Assembly: GCA_050239825.1 (NCBI GenBank)
Contig: JBFXGO010000006.1
Location: forward strand, 4,690-68,689
Source: a bacterium
GTDB lineage: Bacteria; Hydrothermota; 32-111
Direction of reading: 5' to 3'
Length of the DNA stretch: 64,000 bases
Shown here: positions 62,389 through 64,000 of the stretch, in pieces
How positions within the stretch are numbered: position 1 is the stretch's first letter
Layout of the letters: every line of letters begins with the position of its first letter
Program-made: the position numbers and the translations under genes
Notes under the pieces: generated by a model
Database searches by the model: none
Seen by the model: only the letters and a program-made list of their open reading frames with translations
What the model was told of the DNA's origin: nothing

Positions 62389-63539
62389 TACATCCTTTCA
62401 TAAGGAAGGAAGAGACGGGCAAATTCATCCTGAGCATATCTGTCAGTCATACCTGCTATATAATCCGCAATGACGCGCTTTTCACCCTGTGACGAAACCT
62501 CAGAGAAGAATTTTGGAGGAAGTTGTCTTATATCCTCTTCATAAGCCTTGAAGAGCTTTTCAATGTACCTCTCAGCTTTATGCTGCATCTTCAGCACTTT
62601 ATAATTCTTGTACAGCTTTTCATAGAGGTATTTCTTGAGTTCAAGATTCTTCTTCTTCATTTCATGCGAGTAATCTACCATTATGCCGCCATTTCTAACA
62701 TCATCAAGGCTTGACACGCCCTTCTCTTTTATTCTGTTTATCGAGGAGACTATTGCGTCATTTATCTGAGCTCCAATAAGTTCTCGCACTATCTCAAGTC
62801 GCAGGATTTTATCATTTTTTGTCTTTTTTCTGCTCTTTTCATAGCATTCTCTGAAGAGAGGAATTTCAAGCAGCTCTTCGATTTTTATAAGGTCAGATTC
62901 AAGTCCGTCATCGATGTCATGGTTGTTGTATGCTATCTCGTCAGCTACATTAACTATCTGCGCTTCAAGAGATGATGATTTGCCGGGCAAGAAATCTTTG
63001 AGAAGCGACTTGTCGGGATTGTCATAGCTTGTGTGATGCTTGATTATTCCTTCCCGCACTTCCCATGTGAGGTTGAGGCCTCTGTATTCCGAGTATCTCT
63101 CTTCAAGATAATCGACAACCCTCAGGGACTGAGAATTGTGTTCAAATCCGCCGTACTTTTCCATCAGTTCATGCAGAGCCCTTTCCCCCGCATGACCGAA
63201 GGGTGTGTGCCCTATATCATGAGCCAATGCTATGGCCTCAGTCAAATCTTCATTTACTCTCAGTGATTTCGCCATCGAACGGCTTATCTGAGCCACTTCG
63301 ATTGTGTGAGTTAGCCGGGTTCTGTAATAATCAGCTTCGTGGTTTACAAAAACCTGAGTCTTGTATTCGAGTCTTCTGAAAGCGGATGAGTGAACGATTC
63401 TGTCCCTGTCCCTCTGGAACGCAGTTCTATGAGAGGACTCTTTTATATCATATTTTCTACCTCTGCTGTTTGAAGAGAGTGAGGCATACGAAGCGAGGTG
63501 ATTCTTTTCATCCTGCATTAACTGATTTACCGTTTTCAT
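62388..63539 (-). CDS. dgt: dGTPase-like HD-domain triphosphohydrolase
   Basis: FQRDRDRIVHSSAFRRLEYKTQVF, RLTHTIEVAQISR, HDIGHTPFGHAGE and DYIAGMTDRYA. Confidence 0.9.
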   Translation of the reverse strand: MKTVNQLMQDEKNHLASYASLSSNSRGRKYDIKESSHRTAFQRDRDRIVHSSAFRRLEYKTQVFVNHEADYYRTRLTHTIEVAQISRSMAKSLRVNEDLTEAIALAHDIGHTPFGHAGERALHELMEKYGGFEHNSQSLRVVDYLEERYSEYRGLNLTWEVREGIIKHHTSYDNPDKSLLKDFLPGKSSSLEAQIVNVADEIAYNNHDIDDGLESDLIKIEELLEIPLFRECYEKSRKKTKNDKILRLEIVRELIGAQINDAIVSSINRIKEKGVSSLDDVRNGGIMVDYSHEMKKKNLELKKYLYEKLYKNYKVLKMQHKAERYIEKLFKAYEEDIRQLPPKFFSEVSSQGEKRVIADYIAGMTDRYAQDEFARLFLPYERM

Positions 63540-63542
63540 ATT

Positions 63543-64000
63543 CTAATCCAGAAGTTTTGCGGAATCCTTTGCTCTGAAAGCAATTATGAATTCCTTTGTT
63601 TTCTGATACGTTTCATCGATAGCCGCATCAATGTATTTCTGGTCAATTGAATCTATCTCATTTTTGAATTCCTTTGTGGCAAATTTTATATCCTTGAAAT
63701 TGTCATCGCACCATTTAGTCATTTTATTCATAAGGTCATCGGGAAGATTCCTGAATGCAATATTCTGCCACTCTGTGCCCACATTGCCTTTTCTTATTCC
63801 GCAATCGGCAAACTGCCCCACTACATTAAGCGGTGTTCCGGTTATTCCGTGCTGGGCTACAGTGAGATTGTACTGCTTTATCGCGTTGTAAATCTCTTTT
63901 GTGCGGATAAGGTCAATGTGCACCTCTTCACCTTTTTTATAGTTTCCGTGCTTTGAGCCGTTGTTTATTGCGAGAAGCTGTGGGTGTATGTTGTTTGCAT
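63543..64000 (-). CDS. Class II (fructose/ketose)-bisphosphate aldolase family protein, C-terminal part (5' end beyond window)
   Basis: The frame stays open to the window edge (…LAINNGSKHGNYKKGEEVHIDL...AQHGITGTP...). The GxxHG.Y and HG..G patterns resemble class II aldolases. Subfamily is uncertain. Confidence 0.5.
   Translation of the reverse strand, partial: ANNIHPQLLAINNGSKHGNYKKGEEVHIDLIRTKEIYNAIKQYNLTVAQHGITGTPLNVVGQFADCGIRKGNVGTEWQNIAFRNLPDDLMNKMTKWCDDNFKDIKFATKEFKNEIDSIDQKYIDAAIDETYQKTKEFIIAFRAKDSAKLLD

Noticed and set aside
1-64000. CRISPR arrays, rRNA genes, IS elements, integrases, prophage genes and toxin-antitoxin pairs.
   Set aside because: I saw no regularly spaced direct repeats. 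No ORF carried transposase, integrase, Cas, capsid or terminase motifs. No small two-gene cassettes are present. The whole window is accounted for by the genes listed.

Overview
This is an AT-rich, very gene-dense bacterial chromosomal window. It holds about 70 CDS, 4 tRNAs and several candidate small or structured RNAs. I recognised no rRNA, CRISPR array, transposase, integrase or phage gene. Coordinates read from the printed sequence may be off by 1-2 nt around 29.25-29.45 kb.

Genes sit in four co-directional, largely translationally coupled blocks.

1. Plus strand, 1-14586: pilT (3' part), mglA, a novel tandem DnaA/Hda-like protein, a PATAN(DUF4388)-TPR protein, cheR, cheD, cheB, a TPR protein, a cheW-like gene, pgpA, cinA, thpR, recA, recX, an SPFH protein, a DUF401-like membrane protein and a lipoprotein.

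2. Minus strand, 34546 down to 14570: a consensus promoter, tRNA-Lys, a stand-alone cNMP-binding protein, tRNA-Glu, tRNA-Val, thrS, infC, rpmI, rplT, a lipoprotein, a zapB-like gene, zapA, a structured 6S-like RNA candidate, rny, ymdB, folD, xseA, xseB, ispA, a DUF212 gene, dxs, secA, ligA and a fused double thyX.

3. Plus strand, 35254-61334. It starts with an AT-rich stretch carrying an AAA+/PD-(D/E)xK-like ATPase and a GT-C-like membrane protein. It continues with yceD, rpmF, plsX, fabH, fabD, fabG, acpP, fabF, rnc, etfB and etfA. Next is an Arn-like aminosugar/polyprenyl-phosphate glycosylation cluster, then DUF58 and BatA-N-like proteins, a tiny basic ORF, ppiD, tRNA(CAU), tyrS, a hypothetical gene, nadA and a GNAT-like gene.

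4. Minus strand, 61335-64000: a hypothetical gene, a DUF2062 gene, a dGTPase-like HD hydrolase and a partial class II aldolase.

The most interesting candidate for an undescribed system is the PilT-MglA-PATAN-Che array. In it a bona fide MglA GTPase has no adjacent MglB. Instead it is coupled by a 4-nt overlap to a 556-aa protein that reads as two tandem DnaA/Hda-type AAA+ modules, the first catalytically dead.

Other notable items are:
- a rod-like ~180-nt RNA between zapA and rny
- tRNA-mRNA polycistrons ending 4 nt before the thrS start codon
- a ~60-nt promoter-plus-terminator sRNA candidate carrying an anti-SD CCCUCCC motif
- consensus sigma70-type promoters positioned for leaderless mRNAs
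- an ATC-initiated infC

All functional calls come from motif and family recognition by eye. No database search was run.
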